Below, one piece after another: positions 14,241 to 26,949 of a DNA stretch of 64,000 nt (position 1 is the stretch's first letter; every line of letters begins with the position of its first letter). The stretch is from the NCBI RefSeq assembly GCF_001194135.2, contig NC_068983.1, positions 110,336,767-110,400,766 of the forward strand, read 5' to 3'. Made by a program: the position numbers and the translations under genes. The notes below the pieces were generated by a model. That model saw nothing but the letters and a program-made list of their open reading frames with translations. It was not told the DNA's origin and made no database searches. This stretch comes from Octopus bimaculoides. Taxonomy: Eukaryota.

Positions 14241-14829
14241 TTTAATGATGTCAGCAAACATAGCCTCTACGATTCAATTCAACGATTCTAAATATATATC
14301 ATTAAATATGCAAATGCATATTTCTTATTGTGTAACAAAAAATGTCACTGCCAATTTAAATATTTTATTGGAGTAATGAAGTTAATATTGTTTTTACTTT
14401 TGTCACCTAAAACTATTTACACTGGCAATGCAACAATGAAAAATGCTATTCTTGAATTGGAAACATTTTCTTTAAATTGAATGCCTTGTTTTCAATTCCT
14501 ATATACAATCATATTACATGCCTGAAACTAACCTATGCTGATGTTTTTGTTTAAAATATTTCCTAATTAGATTTTACTGAAATGTCAACACATGGGATTT
14601 AATTTGACTCGTTTATATTCTCTAAAATATTCTGTAAAATATTTTTCCATTTAGTGTTTCTATTTGTTTCTAGTTAAAAGCATAAATGAAGGAAAACATT
14701 ACATTGAAGTTAACTTCTCTTTTAGAAGATATGAGTTGGGTTGTGGTGTGTTAATGGTTTCTGCAAGAAAAATATGGGCAAGATAAAAAAAGAATTGTTA
14801 GCTTACTGTTTAGTTAAGAAAGAAACGGT

Positions 14830-15780
14830 AGGGCCGTGACCCTTTGTTTATTAGTGCCTCGGGGCATCATCGGACTGGAGGCCAATCCCGCCCTCTTGCA
14901 AGACAGAACTCTACCAAAGGCACCAAAGAACCATGCGACGGTGTTAAACACAAAGGCCCAGAACAAATACTAAAAGCCATCTTGTCCGCAATTCTTACGA
15001 CTTCACCATTTCGTACAGAAAAAAAAAATATTGGGGTGAAAGCTTGGTGGTAGCTATTGGTTACCAGTCTATGGGAGAGAATACCGTATTGGCAACGGAA
15101 TGCGAAAGTAGCATTTTGGTTTATTTTAAAATATACTTGATAGACAGTTGTTGTACCAGTAGAGCAGTCAAAATGAACGTGCAAAGCTTCTCCAAAAATA
15201 TAGCCTAACGTTTGTTGGTAAATGAATATTTGCCAATCGGCATAGTGGCTGTCATTTTGTTTAACTTATGATTGCTTGTGTATGTTAACACGCATAAACT
15301 ATCAGCAAAAACAATTACCAAAGTATTTTCTAGTTCTGAAATGCTTTTTCTCTGTTCTAATAATATCAGATCACCAGAACAGATCATTGTACATTTTGAG
15401 GCTTAGCTCAGTTTAATTTTATTTTAATTTACTTGTGAGTGATCTGAGACTAAGACGGGATGGATATTAATTTGTTTTCATGGTATGCACAGGGATTGCA
15501 TCATTGTACTATTGGTGTAGATTAGTTTATCATGTCCTGATTAGAAGCTGTGAGTGCGATGTCTCGTCCGGGAAGCGGTAAACGTTTGATGTCGGGTTTC
15601 TCGGTTTCAAGTGAATTATGCATTTGTATGGAGAGTTTTGAAGGAGAGATCAGTGCTGTCTTCTGCACTGGAGTGAGTTATGTTAGGATTAACGGTAAGT
15701 ACATAGATACTATTCAGAAATATGGATGCGGGATCAAAGAGCACAAAAACTGACGGATGGCTAATGCCCATAGTTGGGAT
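14830..15780 (+). mobile_element. Highly decayed RTE-like LINE reverse transcriptase remnant
   Basis: Frame-hopping fragments resemble RTE RT motifs in the expected order: TKEPCDGVKHKGPEQILKA/CPQFLRLH (cf. TKAFDTV..W.IL...CP.F), RIGNGMRK*HFGLF (cf. NGVKQG) and LF..DCLCML (cf. LFADDCAL). Similarity is weak. Confidence 0.4.
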
Positions 15781-15850
15781 AGAAGATCAAGAAATTCTCA
15801 TTGTTTAGACACGCTAAAATGTGTTGCATTTGTAAAATTCCAACAAAATT

Positions 15851-16730
15851 ACAAGGTACATTCCAGGAGTTTTGATACTTTTTCAGGAAAGATATTTATT
15901 AATTTCAAAGAAATAAGAAAACTCTAATGTCCTTCCAAGTAGGCTCGTCTGATTTCAATGCTTTTGTAGTAGCGCTACAACTGATTCGTGAACGCTCCAT
16001 GGTGGACCTCCTAAAATACGATTCCAGGACTTGTTGCAATTGCCATCTTCTCAATGTCTTCAAAACAACTGCGTCTGAGGCTCTTCTCCATCTTGGAGAA
16101 TAGCAAAATGTCACAGAGAGCAAGGTCTGAACTGACATCAGGGTGAGCGACAGTTTCGATGCCCATCTTTGTTATACAGTTGGTTATCAGGATGGAATTA
16201 TGGACTGGCTCATTGTCCTGGTGCATGTGACACCGACCCGACCTGACCTGGATTTATGCGACGAAATCTCTTCATGAACACCCTCAATACGTCCTGAAAG
16301 TTGACCACCCAGCTTGAGTGAACCCTGTGAATATTCAAGGGAGAGTTGAATTTCAGCTCTTCTTATTAACAGTTGCATTCGACTATTCACAGAAGACTTC
16401 AAATGTAACTAGTAGCGATTTCTCTTGAAAATAGACAAAATCGAACATTCTGATGTGATCGAGTACCTTTAGAAAAGGGCTTAACCCTGCACCCATGAGG
16501 TTCATGACGACTGCTTGATACATTAGGAGATGACGGTACGGTTGTATCAGCAACATAAAAGTGAGCAGCTGACTTTAGTAAAGGAAGGGAAAATCTTGAA
16601 GATGAGTCAACGTCTGGATGTGCTGAGACTGCCAGTATCCAGGAAAACAACGATTATATTCACCATGTGGTGATATCTTTCAGAGCAAATTTGAACGCAG
16701 GAAAAGGTGAAAATTAAAGTACAGACGATT
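15851..16730 (-). mobile_element. Internally deleted mariner transposon
   Basis: HQDNEPVH and HPDVSSDLALCDILLF motifs (ORF 16011-16226). TIR-like tacaaggtacattccaggagttttgatac at 15851. Confidence 0.8.
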
Positions 16731-19100
16731 TTGTAGCCGTGAGTAGTAAAGTACGCAAATTATTAATGCAGTTGTATAGACCACATAAGTCCCGAATGAG
16801 TAAGCTTGTTCAAAAGCATAATAATCGTGACCAACCCGTTATTTGCTTATGTGGATGGAATACATTCGGTTATATAGTGTTGAGTACCATATAACCGAAC
16901 ATGCCAGGACTTTGTTTTTAAATATTAGGACGTAATTTGCAGGAGTACGTAGATGCCCCATCGTTGTGTTTGTTGTAGGTGCTTGTTACACTCCAACTTG
17001 AAAGAATTTTGGGAATATCAATAAAGATGACAGGTAGTTAGTTTGTCAAACAGTTCTTTACTCATGGTATTTTTAATTGGTTTCCATTCGTATAGGTATT
17101 GAGAGAGGAAAGACGGAACCACGAATTCTCTTTGTCTCTAACCATTAGTTCGGTTTTCTTTTAAGCTACCTAGCTGTATGTCAGTAACCATGACCAGATT
17201 TCTAAACATGTTTGTTCGATGACATCAATGATGAACTGATAAAATATTATTGACAGCTTATAAAGACAACCTACTTGGAAATCAATTAATCTGTATCATC
17301 GGACTGCTGTTGCCTTATAAATGAAAGCGTAGTGAGGATAGGCATCTTGACAAAAAATTATTCTTGGTGCTTGCAACAGAACGAGCTCTACTTCAATATC
17401 AGTAGGTGTTACTAGATCGTCCCGCATTAGTTCAGGCCAAGAAGAAAGAGCTCCATGGTGAATATTGTAGCATAAGTAGTAAAGATATAATGGCTCTGAG
17501 ATCCCATGCCATTTACTTGCCGTTAGCAATTTGGATAAGCGTATTGATATTACTGCTGCTCTAGAACCAAATTATTTCTAAGGTGATTCACAGATAGCTG
17601 TAGGTTTGCAAAATCAAAAGGGGATTGAGTACATACTGAAAGAGTGAGGAAGATGGAAGAAAGGAAGGTAAAAAAATATACAACTAAAAGAGCCGGACAA
17701 CTAATGCAGGTAGAAGTTAGAAGAAGAATATAAGCATAGAAATAGATGAGTTAGCCAAATATGTTAAGATACAAAATAATTTTCCATAACATTATTTACA
17801 TTATTTACAATTGACGGATATTTGTCCTCCAGTCTCCATCAGGTGTCTTGGGGAAATTTCGAACATGGGTTCTCATTCCTAAGGTATTTTTCCTAAGAAT
17901 CTTCCTAAGATTCACAAGGATAGTATTCCATTAAGACCTATAGTGAGCTGCAGAGGATCAGCATGTCATCTACCTACCCGCTTCCTTGTGGATATAATCA
18001 GTCCATTAGCAGGAAAGTCAACATTGTACATGAAGAATTCCATCCACTTCAGAGAATTGATCAAGGATACCCCTATTGAATCCAGCCAGATGGTGAGTCT
18101 AGATGTGATGTGATAAATTTGTGCACCAAAGTCCCAACTGGAGAAGCACTATCGGTGATTCAAGAAAGACTAGTGACAGACGCCCATCTAAAGAACGCAC
18201 AATAAGAAACTTGATGAAAATGTTGACCTTCTGTGTAGAAACTACCTACTTCAGTATGGACACTGATATATATCGACCAGAGGGGCGGTTAGCTATGGGT
18301 TCGTCATTATCGCCGGCAATAGCCAATATATACATGGAATACTTTGAGAATTTGGCTTTAGGATCAACACCGCTGAAACCAACTCTATGGCTGCGATATG
18401 TTGATGACACCTTCATACTCTGGCCCCACCAGGAAGATGTCCAAGTGCCGTTAGATAATGAGAACTCAATTGATCAAGAAGAAATGATCAAGTTCAGTAA
18501 CAATCTATTAAGCAACAATTACCACACAAGCAGACTCTCCACTCCAATTAGGAAGAAAAGAGGGGATGAAACCGATAAACTGTCCACAGTCTGTCTATCC
18601 TATGTGAAAGGCATCTCGGAAAAGATACAAAGGATATGCAGCCCATATGACACCAGGACAGTATTCAAAAGTAATACAACACTTCGCAAATATCTCCTTC
18701 GAGTAAAACCACTAATAGAAGAGAATATGACTAAGAACTGCGTGTACTCCATCCCATGTAGCTGTGGTAGGTTATACAAATGTGAAACAATTCGCCCCCT
18801 CAAAATAAGGATGGAGGAACATCGCAAAGCCGTAACACTGGGAAATATTGATAAATCGAGTATAGCTTATCATGTATAGAAACATGGAGACCACCTCCCC
18901 CTGTGGGATGAAGTTAAAATAATAGACATAGAACACCATTGGAAAATACAAAAACTAAAAGAAGCAGCACATATGCCAAGACACATGAGCTTCCTAAGCA
19001 GACCAAGTGCAGATATGAACAGCATATGGGAACCGGTATTAAGGAAGAATAGGAGAATATTAGATTTATAAGCCCTAACATTCACTCCATAATTGCCCAC

Positions 19101-19165
19101 GGGCATATGGCGTAATGGTTAAGAGCGCGGGCCACTAACACCAATATTCTGAGTCTGATTCCAGC
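19101..19165 (+). promoter_or_regulatory. tRNA-like Pol III promoter cassette within the PLE tail
   Basis: A-box tggcgtaatgg (19108-19118) and degenerate B-box gagtctgattcc (19151-19162) at tRNA-like spacing. It does not fold as a complete tRNA. Confidence 0.6.
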
Positions 19166-19188
19166 TGAATAATAACAACAACAACAAC

Positions 19189-19252
<64 letters not shown>

Positions 19253-19269
19253 TTTCGAAATTTCCCCAA

Positions 19270-19315
19270 GACACCTGATAAATGCTGGAGGGTATATCAG
19301 CCGAAACGTTGTGTT
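19270..19315 (+). ncRNA. Minimal type I hammerhead ribozyme (PLE pseudo-LTR), G8A-mutated in this copy
   Basis: Stem I gacac/gtgtt, core CTGATAA, stem II gctg-gagggtatat-cagc, GAAA, palindromic ACGT stem III, cleavage triplet GTT (19308-19310). Confidence 0.75.
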
Positions 19316-19899
19316 AGCATCAAACAAGATGAGGACAAATATCTGTCAATTGTAAATAATGTAAATAATGTACATAATTTCTCATCTCTTAAATATAGAA
19401 CTGAATTTTCAGTAAGTAAAGAAAGGTAATACCACGTAATATAAGGTTGAGGTAAGAAATATCTTACTGTGAGAAACATCTGATTTAAGTTAACATGTTG
19501 GAAAAGTGACTGACGCTGAACGAACGCGCGTATGACGTAAGAGGCTGAATATATCCAACGAATGGACAGCAGTTAGAGCCGGATAGTGGTAGACAGGAGA
19601 TGGAAAACCAATGCATATTCATAGACAGGTTTGTGAGAGATAATTGTAATATTTTAATATAAATTGATTCATTACTGTGGGAGACAAATTGAAAATGAGG
19701 TAGGCTCAATTCATGTAAGGCCGGGCTACGTACGGAAATGCTGAATTTCCATGGGAAAAGCCTGTGGTGGCGAAGGGTTTAAATTTGTAGAGGCGAATCT
19801 AAAATATTAATAAGAGAAGTGTAGTCCGCTGGAAGCATTGTAGTTCAGAATTATAAGAAAAGGAACATAAAGAAAGCGTCTAATAATGCAGAAAGTTTT

Positions 19900-20950
19900 A
19901 CAAAAACCTGTATATTTCAGGCGCAAAGGCCTATCTTCAGAAGGAAGCAGTCCCGGAAATGACTAGTTACATCGATTTCGTTATTTTATTTTAAACTGCT
20001 CGGCATTTGAGTTAACAGTAGCAACACTCCAGCAGTTGGTCATTGTGACTTATTTTCACGTGGTGGTGGTGGGAAATGATGTTCGTGGCGTATGTTATGA
20101 TGTTGGATGTAGTCACCGTGATGTTTACATAGGAGCCACCGGCCCATTTCCGATCGACTGTTAAATTCCAGGTTGACGTGGCAGATTAATATAGCTTCTT
20201 TGATACGAAGGCGTCTTTTGTTCATCTCCGAGGCCAATATAGAGACATCTTTGTCTTTGGTGGTACTGCCGCATTTTCTTAAGTGTTTCGGGAAGGAAGG
20301 ACGCCTCGGTACTGAGGTACTCCTTCATTCGTACGTCGAGCGATCGGACTGTGCTACCGATGTAAAAATTGTTGCATTTGGAGCATCGTATATAGTATAC
20401 TATGTATGTACGAAGGCATATATCAGTGTCGCGAATAGGGAGGCTTTTCACTGTGCAGAACTATTGTTCTGCGCGTGACCGCCTCGTTGATAGACGTTTA
20501 CTTAGGGACGGCCATAAATGAGCCAGCAGGATATCGAGTCCTTTCCAGCAGATGACCTGGTATAGCGTGGAGGTGGTCATCTCGTTAAAGTGGGAAATCG
20601 TCACGAAGTAGGTCTTAGTGAAATCCCTTTTTCCACATGTATTTGGATTGTGTTCGTAAATGGAGTAAATAACGGACGTCCGGTATCCGCTGGTCTGAAG
20701 TACCTTCAGGAACTGAGCAGAATGTGCGTCCGGGCTGGTGTTGTCACTGCGTCTTTCGTGTCATCTCTTTATGCACATATCTTATTTTGACCCTTATGGG
20801 GAGGACCGACTTGTAATGGACGAAGAGATCCCGGTAAGGTCATTTTCAGTAGAACATCGTATTAGTTTTTCTCTTCTCCGTGATGTTTAGCCGAAAGTCA
20901 AGCAAGGGCAGGGAATCGTTGCTGCTTGGATGTTCAATGGTGAAGCTAGG
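19900..20950 (-). mobile_element. Second Penelope-like element (different family), 5'-truncated
   Basis: VYYIRCSKCNNFYIGSTVRSL (GIY-YIG) in ORF 20161-20451. Upstream FTIEHPSSNDSLPLLDFRLNI (RT thumb region) at ~20870-20945. Confidence 0.88.
19907..19944 (-). ncRNA. Minimal type I hammerhead ribozyme in the tail of the second PLE
   Basis: Minus strand: cctt-CTGAAGA-t-aggc-ctttgc-gcct-GAAA-tata-cagg. The core is intact, stem III is a palindromic AT(AT), and stem I has one mismatch next to the core. Confidence 0.65.
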
Positions 20951-22117
20951 TTCATTGTTATTGATAAGTAGACTGCAGTAAAGCCAAAGGTACTCTCGTA
21001 CACACGACGCAAATGTGCATATACTCGTGCATGTTTACCTGTGTATACGCCCCACATACATATATGCACATACACATAGATATAAATATACAAATACATA
21101 CATATAAATACTTATATAAATATATGCATGCATGTATACTTATATGTATATTATATACATACATACATACATACATACATACGATGTAATGAATATTATA
21201 CGCACACACACGATTGCGCGTATATGTGTGTGTGTATGTGTGCCTGCATTCGTGTGTTTTACTATCTGAGCTAGCCAAAATCAATGTCAAATATATTGTC
21301 TTCTACTATAGTTTTTCTTTACTCAATAAGAAAAATTAATTGATATTCTTATATTAGCTTCTGAATATCATGATTAATTATTAAGACACTGAATCAATTT
21401 TCAAAATTTTACTCTCCGATTTAGCTTTTAGCTGTCTATTTCTTGCGCACAAAATACTATCCCTAATTAAGCAGTGTTAATTAGCAAGCGCAGATCTTTT
21501 ATATTTACTGCGTGTAAAACCTTGCCAATGTAGCATTAATTAAGTTATATTTCTTAAAAGTAACAATTATATACTGCCTCAATAAACATAAATTTAAAAC
21601 AGAATTTCTATTACTTTCTACTTCCTATTCGAACGTTGTCTCTTTTTCTGCTCAAGAAAAAAATTACATAGATTTTCATTAAACTGCTATAATATTTTGT
21701 TTCGAGAAATATTAAACATAGACATTTTTTTCCTGTTATTAATTAGTCATTCGTATAAAACAATCCAAGAAATGTTACAAAGAGGCTTTAGTATGCATCT
21801 TATCAGACAGTACTCAAAATATAAAGAACTCAGTAATAACACGCTGCGTATTTAAAATAGATCCAAAAATATATTGGGAAATAGGAGAAATAGTTGTATA
21901 TGCTAAAAGAGTATTATAAAAAAGACGAGAATGATTTTATGGTTTTATTATAAATGGAGATGTCAATCTGACTTAATCAAAAGATTGGAAGAAATAGAAC
22001 AACAAACAGCTCGCCATGACTGCATGATTGAACATAACAGCAGGCGCCGCGATAACTGTCGAGCAAGAAGATTATCTAGATACATGAAATACATGGATAT
22101 ATATATATATATATATA

Positions 22118-22826
22118 NNNNNNNNNNNNNNNNNNNNNNNNNNNNNNNNNNNNNNNNNNNNNNNNNNNNNNNNNNNNNNNNNNNNNNNNNNNNNNNNNNN
22201 NNNNNNNNNNNNNNNNNNNNNNNNNNNNNNNNNNNNNNNNNNNNNNNNNNNNNNNNNNNNNNNNNNNNNNNNNNNNNNNNNNNNNNNNNNNNNNNNNNNN
22301 NNNNNNNNNNNNNNNNNNNNNNNNNNNNNNNNNNNNNNNNNNNNNNNNNNNNNNNNNNNNNNNNNNNNNNNNNNNNNNNNNNNNNNNNNNNNNNNNNNNN
22401 NNNNNNNNNNNNNNNNNNNNNNNNNNNNNNNNNNNNNNNNNNNNNNNNNNNNNNNNNNNNNNNNNNNNNNNNNNNNNNNNNNNNNNNNNNNNNNNNNNNN
22501 NNNNNNNNNNNNNNNNNNNNNNNNNNNNNNNNNNNNNNNNNNNNNNNNNNNNNNNNNNNNNNNNNNNNNNNNNNNNNNNNNNNNNNNNNNNNNNNNNNNN
22601 NNNNNNNNNNNNNNNNNNNNNNNNNNNNNNNNNNNNNNNNNNNNNNNNNNNNNNNNNNNNNNNNNNNNNNNNNNNNNNNNNNNNNNNNNNNNNNNNNNNN
22701 NNNNNNNNNNNNNNNNNNNNNNNNNNNNNNNNNNNNNNNNNNNNNNNNNNNNNNNNNNNNNNNNNNNNNNNNNNNNNNNNNNNNNNNNNNNNNNNNNNNN
22801 NNNNNNNNNNNNNNNNNNNNNNNNNN
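22118..22826. other. Assembly gap flanked by (TA)n
   Basis: N run. Confidence 1.
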
Positions 22827-25800
22827 ATATATATATATATATATATACACATGTATATACTGTATGTATTCGTGTATATATATATCTACATATATATACT
22901 TTTAAACATGCATGTGTGTGTTATATGTATGCGTGTTTGTGTGTATGTGTGTGCACTCGAGTTTATTGTTGTGTAGTCATGTCTGTTTGTGTGTCTCAGA
23001 ACATCTGCATATATATAGATAGTACTACATTTATGTCCTGCTGTAAAGAAGACTGTTCTCTTTGCGTATGCATAAAAAGAAACTAATATTGATTTTTATG
23101 ATAATCAGAGTGACGAGTAATCTTCTAGCTTCCAGAAAAAAATACTTCTCGCAAGCTGCAATATATCTTAAGAAAACAATGTTTTCTATTCAGTAATAAC
23201 TCTAGACGAAATTGGTGAAACAGGCATGCTTTATACTTGCCTCACCTTTTTTAAAGAACGTACTGGCCAATGTATCTAATCGGTTCGAGCATGCACGAAG
23301 GAAGTGCGAACATTTATTATATTTATAAACCGGTTCGATAAAACATTGAGATAGTCGGCATTATTGAATGTAATTTTGTTTATTTGTTTTAATAAACATT
23401 GTTAGATTGTGATGTGTTTTCTAATCTTCATTTTACAGAACCCCAGCTCTAAACTAGGTTACTTAAAATTTATATGCATATAGATGAAGATATTTTGCTC
23501 CTCTTTTCGCAGATATTTGATTTATTCCTATTTTGATCTGTTTAACAAATCATGAATAATAAAATAAAACTCTATATTTATTTTGCTTATGATTCGAAGT
23601 GACATAAGAAAATCATATCAGAAAGATCCAAGTATATCAATTCCCCAGTAGATAATTTATTTAATTTCTCATTTATATTCAGGCATCATGTCATAGGAAA
23701 TATCACTCTGGGGGACGCGTCGAAATATCAGGCGCAATGCAGAAAAAGTCCTTTCAACCAGCATCAATCAAAATAAGACAAAGTCACAGCAGGATATGAA
23801 GGTCAAGCGAATATGAAGGTTGTAGAACGAACACCCTTTGGATCTGCCAAACTCTACTTCACGTTTAAAAGGCTGTTGTAGAGTTCGTTGCATAAAACCT
23901 ATTTCTACTCGCAATGGGCTGGCTACTAATAATCGCCAGTCTCACACATTTCCATTGGAGAGTGCACTCACAAAATGTATAGACCAGAAACTTTGTGATA
24001 AAACCTCGTAACACTTTCTTACAGTATTGTTATTGCAAAATATAATCCTCTTAATTGGTGCTGGCCATTAATTTTTAGTGTAGGATTTTTATCGATTAGA
24101 TAAATATAACATTTATCTGAGGTTTATTTTACAATTTTTTTTAAAAATGTGTTGCAAACTTTTGCTATTCTAGAGTATGATGAATTCGAAATAATTTAAA
24201 TTGTTATTGAATTATGTTGTCAGTTGTGTTGTCGTTGCACCTGTGTCATGAAAGAATACCTTTTATTAGAAGCTTGGACTCGAAATGCAGTCTTACCTAA
24301 GTTAGAAATGTTTAATCTTCGCGAGAGGCAACAAGCCATTGTTAACGTCTAGTAGTTGAAAATGCTTGAATGATCTGATTGCAAACTGATCCTATATGTT
24401 GTGTTGTTGGTGTGTTTTGTTAATAGTGGTAATATCTATGCCTTTCTGTCATTAAATGAGAACAGATTATTATGTTTTTAATAGAGGGAGACTTTTTAAG
24501 TCTAAGTTCATGAAATTAGTGTTGTAGGTCTTTTGGGGTCAGGTAAGAAAGAAAAAAATAACACTTAATGTAAAGGGTGATATAATTCTGAATACACGTG
24601 TGTATAACAAGTGATAATGAGTAAGTGAGTTAAGGACATAAGAAAAATAGGGATTACGAAAGGGAAACAAAAGCAGAGTGACTGAAACAAACAAAAATAA
24701 ATGCGGTATACTATCTAGAGTAAAAAAAATGAAAAATAAAAAATAAGACAGGAATGTGTGGTAATGTTTACAAGCATAGATTTTTGAACAAGCAGTTTGA
24801 AGTGAATGAGGATGGTCTTGTGATGAATGAATTTATATGATGGAAATGATAATAAACTGGTAGAAAATATAATGGCTGTATTTTCAGGTCAGTTAATGCT
24901 CTTAAAAAATGGCAATAAAAAAATTTTGCAAAATTGGTAGCGATAGTCATACAAGGGACTAGAAGGACTTACTCCAATTTGGACGAAGGTGACAAATCCT
25001 TTATGTTAAGACATTATTTAGCTATACTGATAGTTAAAAATTTATGCGTTGTTATGATGGGTGAACAGTTACTGGTTAAGTTCAGCAGACGATTTTCTCC
25101 ATCCGTTGTAGCCTATTTTCTTTGCCAACATAGAAGCAGTGTAGATGCACATGAAACATTTGGATGATTTAGAATTACAATTTTGCGTATGGATTAATAC
25201 GTAAATTATAAGCGTATTTATTGCCAACGTGTCAGAGGTGAAATATATTTGCAGCCAATGTTACATGGCATAAAAGCCTCAAACTCATTAGTGTCAGATG
25301 GTTCAGGAAGAAGAGTGCTTCTGCATACTGCTGTTCATGATACAGGCTGCCATGATTAAGTTATCACTAGACAATGCAATCGACGCAGAGAATGTAATAT
25401 ACGTTATTTGTTTCTTGTGACATGAAAGACGTCAAGAGAACAAGGTAAACGTTAGTCCAAAAATATTAATAATACACAATATGAAATTAAATACGGAATA
25501 AGATTTATGTTGTGATTGTAAAATGCTTTATCAAGAGCATGTTCAATGTAAGTGAGATAAAATAAATTCAAAATTAAATTCCATCTGAGCTATGATTCTA
25601 AATTATTATGAACGTATTACTTAACTCTTGATAGTCTCTATTCGTGTGTATAGTATTATAATAATTAATGGGCAGTGAAGAGTGTAAATGTTAGACATTA
25701 ACAAGCTGGATGTGATTCTAAAGGTGAGTTGAATTTTCTTCAGTTCATATTTTAATACAATAGTATTTTTGTGAATAGGAATCGACAACGCCCCTCTTCA

Positions 25801-26949
25801 CTTTTTGGCAAAATTTAGCCTGGTAAATAATCAATATTATTGTTTATCTTTATCAGAGCGATGCATTTTCGATAAATAGTATTATACAGAGTTCTCAATA
25901 GAGAGTTCCTTTCTATCAATGTGCAAAACGTCTTAACACAATGAATAATTTTAGCATCACTAGTTTAAGTGATATAAAATCCATGTTCTTGCAGAACCTT
26001 TAATTATTCGATACAAATATTCAGAAAACAAATTAAAACGAGCAAAATATTATTTTAATTTCTCTGTCAAATTTATAACCCATATTTGATTAGGAAATTT
26101 ATGTCAATTCAATAACTTTTATTATTAGCGCTGATAAAAGAAAGAAAGGATGCGATGAAATACAACAATCGCTTTTCCTCAGGAATTCACTTACGTCCTC
26201 CAAACTCAAACTAACATTCGTATTATAGAATGGTTTGAATGATTGAAAGGGATATTATAGAAACACTTACATAATTGATCAACACTCGTTATCTATACGC
26301 AACTAAAACTCTGTGATTCCTTGCTTGCGTGCTTGCTTGCGAGCGTGCTTTTCTGTAATTTAATACAGCCAAACCGGCGCATAATGGGAAAATACTCGGA
26401 AAGGATCTCCTGAAATGTGAATACAAACGGAATAAAACAAGTTTCGCGTCAACTGGATCACGGATTCCCGAGATACGCCGTGTTTTTGGGTACCTCCATT
26501 AATAACCAAAACGGTGCATAATGGGAAAATACTCCGAATGTAACATAACCCTGAAATGGGAATATAAAATACTGTGAAAATTGTTTCTATTAATTTCATG
26601 TTTACTTTATATAACAATTCCTTTTGCATTTTTGTAGAAGTGTGCACATATACCATAAATAAATGCTGTTACTGGAGTTCAAGTCAATCGCGGAAGTTCT
26701 ATTTCTATTAGAAGCTGTAAATAATCAATAAAATCTTAAACATGAACTTGCAAACCAGATCGATGATGGCATGATCAAATTGAATTATTTAACTGAATCA
26801 TCATAAAATTAACTTTCAATTCAATGCAACTTTGAAATCAGCGTCAATGCTCTATAGCCTGAACCATTAGTGACCCAACGGATCACGTGTAGTCTAGTAT
26901 TTTATTAACGTTACGTTGAAAATGACTTATTTTCTCACACATGATTATA

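Larger units (their letters stand above)
17790..19400 (+). mobile_element. Penelope-like element (RT + GIY-YIG), internally deleted, with inverted 5' pseudo-LTR copy
   Basis: ORF 18121-18879: LAMGSSLSPAIANIYME, WLRYVDDTF, then CVYSIPCSCGRLY..ET.RPL..RMEEH. 17790-17870 is the reverse complement of the tail at 19255-19370. Confidence 0.92.

Noticed and set aside
14844-15760. ORFs 14867-15184 and 15550-15753, a CCAAT/GC-box and a GTAAGT donor suggesting a promoter or exon
   Set aside because: No recognisable protein. Plus-strand fragments fit an eroded RTE RT better, although that call is itself low confidence.
18121-18879. Selenocysteine read-through as described for some Naiad PLEs
   Set aside because: The terminating codon is TAG (probably from TGG), no conserved in-frame TGA or SECIS was seen, and the copy is decayed.
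19101-19170. Possible tRNA gene
   Set aside because: The B-box is mutated, there is no complete cloverleaf or poly-T terminator, and it is embedded in a retroelement tail.
21931-22905. Long ORFs spanning N runs (also at 41.4, 43.8 and 61.8 kb) and poly-amino-acid ORFs
   Set aside because: Artefacts of assembly gaps and microsatellite translation.
23705-23735. gacgcgtc-gaaa resembling hammerhead stem II + GAAA
   Set aside because: The upstream core is tctgggg rather than CUGANGA, and no stem I pairing exists.
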